Assembly: GCA_963776275.1 (NCBI GenBank)
Contig: CAVZMI010000023.1
Coordinates: 320,001-384,000, forward strand
From: Ignavibacteriota bacterium
Lineage (GTDB): Bacteria; Bacteroidota; Ignavibacteria; UBA10030; CAVZMI01
Direction of reading: 5' to 3'
DNA length: 64,000 nucleotides
Position 1 is the stretch's first letter; each line of letters starts with the position of its first letter. The notes under the pieces are model-generated. The model worked only from the letters and a program-made list of their open reading frames with translations. It did no database searches and was not told the DNA's origin. Of the stretch, positions 60,900 through 64,000 are shown in pieces. The position numbers and the translations under genes were made by a program.

Positions 60900-63341
60900 T
60901 CAGCGCCATTGGATTTTCCAGACAGAATCAACAGTCATGTGAAAAACAATAGCTCCCTGCTCATCGGTTCTCTCAATGGGTATTGAGTTGTGTTGATAGC
61001 GCGAAATCACATCGACCGATGGATGTCTAAATTTATTGTTTTTTCCAACAGAAACAACTGCATGGGCTGGTTTCACGGTAGATATAAAGGGATCCGAGCT
61101 TGCGTTGATACTTCCGTGATGGGCTACCTTAAGTATCGAACTATGAAGAAAAACCCCGTAATACTCGCATAATTCTTTCTCGACAGCCTCTTCAGTATCA
61201 CCCATCAGCAGTATGGATGAGCGACCATAACACAATCGGAGTACAATCGAAGTGTTGTTAAGATTCGGCCGATCTAACTCTCTCACCGACTCAGAAAATA
61301 TACCATTTGGATGGAGAACGTACAATCGCGTGTTATCGAATGCATCTATCTGCATCCCTGAAGAGAGAAACTCTATAGGGATATTCTTTTCCTGAATGAT
61401 TTTCTGAAGATCAGTCAGCAGAGATGAGGGTAAATCGGTGCGGGGCATATAGATTTTCTTTACCGGGATTGATTCAATTACCGACAGTGCCCCGCCAACA
61501 TGATCGCTGTGACCATGAGTGAGCACAAACGCATCGACTTGCGTGATTCCTTTCCATTTTAAGAACGGGAGAATTACCCGTTGTCCCGCATCGGAATTAA
61601 ACGTCCGCGATCCCGAATCGATTAGTAAAATCTTCCCATCCGGATATTCTATTACCGCGGCATCTCCCTGACCGACATCAAGAAATGTCACCGTCACCTG
61701 CGGTGGAAATAAGAATGCTGCTGATCCGGGAGCAGGATAGAAAACGAAAATGTTCGCAACGGCAAGAAAAAGGATCAACCCTTTACGCTTCCACGATCCC
61801 TTCCACAATGAGAACACAATTGCGATGAGAAGATAGTATCCAACCGTAAGTAAACCTGTCGTTGTATGAACTTCAAGAACGGACCAGCGAAAGTGGGCCG
61901 CTATTGTAATAATTTTTAATGTCAAATATAAAAGCATATGCGTCGCTGCACCGGCGAGTACAGCACACCAGGAAGAAAAAATGCTGAGGACAACAACCAC
62001 AATACCCAGTGCAAGAGCGATATTTGCTGCCGGAACGACGACAACATTTGCAAAAAACGACACAAGAGAAATACGACCAAAATACTGTACAATTAATGGC
62101 AAGGTCCCCATCTGGGCAACAAGCGATACAATAAACAACTTGACAATGGGTGAAAGCCATCGCGTCAGACGGTAGCGCTCGAATATGGGAATTATTGCCG
62201 ATTCCATCGGGGAATAGAAAAGGACAAGCGAAATTACGGCTCCATATGAAAGCTGGAATCCAATATCAAAGAATTGCCGGGCATCGTACACATAGATGAT
62301 CAGTGCCGAGACTGCAAGCGCATTCATAATATTGGCCCGACGCTGGATTATGTTTCCCACAAGTAGCACAACGACCATCAAGGTTGCACGGACAATCGAC
62401 GGAGTTGATCCGGCAACGGCCATATAGAGTAAGAGCGTAAGAATGATCGCACACGTTTTCACAATTCTGTTCCCCGGGATAAAGCTACTCAGCGCCACAA
62501 CGATGAGCGCAACGAATGCAACGTTCAACCCGGAGACTGCCAGAATATGAACGACACCGGCATTGATGAACGAAGTCTGTACTTCTTTTGGAATCTCGCT
62601 CCTATCGCCGATTATAAGTCCTTTAAGAAATGCTCCCTCAACTCCACCGATTGTTGTATCGACGACACTCCTGACATAGTTCCGGATCGGCAGGATAATC
62701 CAGGATTTCAAGAGATTCCCTTCCTTTTTCTCAAGACATTGAATATCCTCCATTTCGGACACTGTCATGACAGCGTAGATATTATTCAACTCGAGATAAT
62801 TTCGATAATTGAATTCTCCCGGATTCCGTTCATGCCTCGGGACTTCGATAATGCCCCGAATCACAACTACATCACCGTAGCTCAGTCCATGATTTCTCAA
62901 AGTATCATCCCGTTTGTACCTGAAACTTACGATAACATCACCGTTAACCTCAGTTCTGATTGTATCATTGAACATGTCCGAGGCATGCAGGAGAAACGAG
63001 AGTCGGTCGTTGCGGATTTCCGGCTGTTCCGCGATCGTTCCTATCAAGATTCCCTGTCGCGGATGAGAGAGAAAGAATGAAATATGATTCCGGGGGAGCA
63101 GAGTCGTGTCAATACTGTACTTTGTCATCCCGATACATATCAGCACCAAGATGAGAAGGAGTGTCTGCAGATCTTTTCCATATCGATGTCGGATGATTCC
63201 AACGGTCAAATACACCAGGAGGATCATCACGGTCTCGATTGCGATAAGGAGAGAAAATGGTATAATAAGAAACCGTCCGGCGATGATTCCCGCCGTAATC
63301 CAAAATGCCAGACGAACTGCTGGTTGACGATTCCAATCCAA
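60900..63341 (-). CDS. comEC: DNA internalization competence protein ComEC/Rec2
   Basis: RNPGEFNY, HILAVSGLN, GFQLSY, FLDVGQGDA, THGHSDHVGG, KVAHHGS, RTDEQG. Confidence 0.93.
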   Translation of the reverse strand: MDWNRQPAVRLAFWITAGIIAGRFLIIPFSLLIAIETVMILLVYLTVGIIRHRYGKDLQTLLLILVLICIGMTKYSIDTTLLPRNHISFFLSHPRQGILIGTIAEQPEIRNDRLSFLLHASDMFNDTIRTEVNGDVIVSFRYKRDDTLRNHGLSYGDVVVIRGIIEVPRHERNPGEFNYRNYLELNNIYAVMTVSEMEDIQCLEKKEGNLLKSWIILPIRNYVRSVVDTTIGGVEGAFLKGLIIGDRSEIPKEVQTSFINAGVVHILAVSGLNVAFVALIVVALSSFIPGNRIVKTCAIILTLLLYMAVAGSTPSIVRATLMVVVLLVGNIIQRRANIMNALAVSALIIYVYDARQFFDIGFQLSYGAVISLVLFYSPMESAIIPIFERYRLTRWLSPIVKLFIVSLVAQMGTLPLIVQYFGRISLVSFFANVVVVPAANIALALGIVVVVLSIFSSWCAVLAGAATHMLLYLTLKIITIAAHFRWSVLEVHTTTGLLTVGYYLLIAIVFSLWKGSWKRKGLILFLAVANIFVFYPAPGSAAFLFPPQVTVTFLDVGQGDAAVIEYPDGKILLIDSGSRTFNSDAGQRVILPFLKWKGITQVDAFVLTHGHSDHVGGALSVIESIPVKKIYMPRTDLPSSLLTDLQKIIQEKNIPIEFLSSGMQIDAFDNTRLYVLHPNGIFSESVRELDRPNLNNTSIVLRLCYGRSSILLMGDTEEAVEKELCEYYGVFLHSSILKVAHHGSINASSDPFISTVKPAHAVVSVGKNNKFRHPSVDVISRYQHNSIPIERTDEQGAIVFHMTVDSVWKIQWR

Positions 63342-63354
63342 TGTGTAATCCTCT

Positions 63355-64000
63355 TCAGACGGAATATTTATCGAATAATCGGAGGATTGTAGGTGTTACG
63401 TGCGCGATATTCTTGATATTCCGCGCAATGAAATTCCTGTGTGCGCCAACCACGATCAACGGAACCGGATTCCGCGTATGCGTGCGGACATCGAGTGATT
63501 CAATATTCCCGTGGTCGCTTGTGATCAACAGCGTTGTCGATGTATAATCAAATATCTCGAGAATTCCTCCGAGAAAACCGTCAAACCGTTCCAGAAAATT
63601 GACCGATTGTTCCATGCTCTGCCGATGACCTGCATGGTCCGTAAGAAAATATTCAAACAATGTGAAATCGTATGACCGGCTGAGTTCATAAAAATGATTC
63701 CCTGCTTCGGTGGGAGTTACCGTCGGAATATCGGGGTATCCCAGATCTCCCCATATCTCGCGTGTGAGATCGGCTGACACACCCTCATTTCTCCGGAGTT
63801 CTTCGTCGCCCCGCAACGGTACCCCTGCCATCTGGCATGCAAGCGTCGTTACCGTAAATCGCGTTTTCTCGGATGCGATGTACTTAAAGAATTGTTGGGG
63901 ATATGCATTGGCAAAACACACGCGTTTTTCCCGGACTTTCAGCTGATGAAAAATATTTTTTTCTCGAATAATCTCCCGCTGTAATGATGGAGGGTACTGA
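63355..64000 (-). CDS. Metalloenzyme (alkaline phosphatase / phosphoglycerate mutase superfamily), 5' end outside the window
   Basis: TDHAGH, TSDHGNIE, HTRNPVP; frame stays open to the window edge. Confidence 0.8.
   Translation of the reverse strand, partial: QYPPSLQREIIREKNIFHQLKVREKRVCFANAYPQQFFKYIASEKTRFTVTTLACQMAGVPLRGDEELRRNEGVSADLTREIWGDLGYPDIPTVTPTEAGNHFYELSRSYDFTLFEYFLTDHAGHRQSMEQSVNFLERFDGFLGGILEIFDYTSTTLLITSDHGNIESLDVRTHTRNPVPLIVVGAHRNFIARNIKNIAHVTPTILRLFDKYSV

Noticed and set aside
275-63946. Numerous short antisense and overlapping ORFs in the six-frame track
   Set aside because: They are shadows of well-supported genes, with no motifs or RBS support.

Overview
Bacterial chromosomal window, probably Ignavibacteriota/Chlorobi-related (FCB group). 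This is inferred from several 'QNYPNPFNP' T9SS-type C-terminal domains, a DUF4905 gene and sigma70/sigma54-type promoters. The backbone is housekeeping genes: clpS, alaS, gmhA, a wcaJ-like sugar transferase, rsmB-like, iaaA, clpB, dnaK, birA, coaX, fadF-like, rsmI, dut, dnaG, trmH-like and comEC. Single-base indels in essential genes suggest long-read assembly errors. Main non-routine content: (1) An integrase-less integron at about 12.83-22.7 kb with a promoter, an attI-geometry site and a cassette array. Its attC sites decay with distance from attI, and defence-like cassettes come first. (2) A related 38-nt insert at the same nucleotide of the L'' box in two attC sites. (3) Short palindromic REP-like elements nested inside one another up to five layers deep, also found inside attC sites and in-frame inside a methyltransferase gene. 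(4) A clpB that looks genuinely split into two cistrons with its own RBS. (5) A TANFOR-like giant protein / FN3 protein / beta-barrel operon. (6) Nested IS-end MITEs, a nonsense-mutated DUF92 pseudogene, and a sigma54-like dnaK promoter with three upstream palindromes. No rRNA, tRNA or CRISPR array was seen. Family assignments come from motif recognition by eye, not from database searches.
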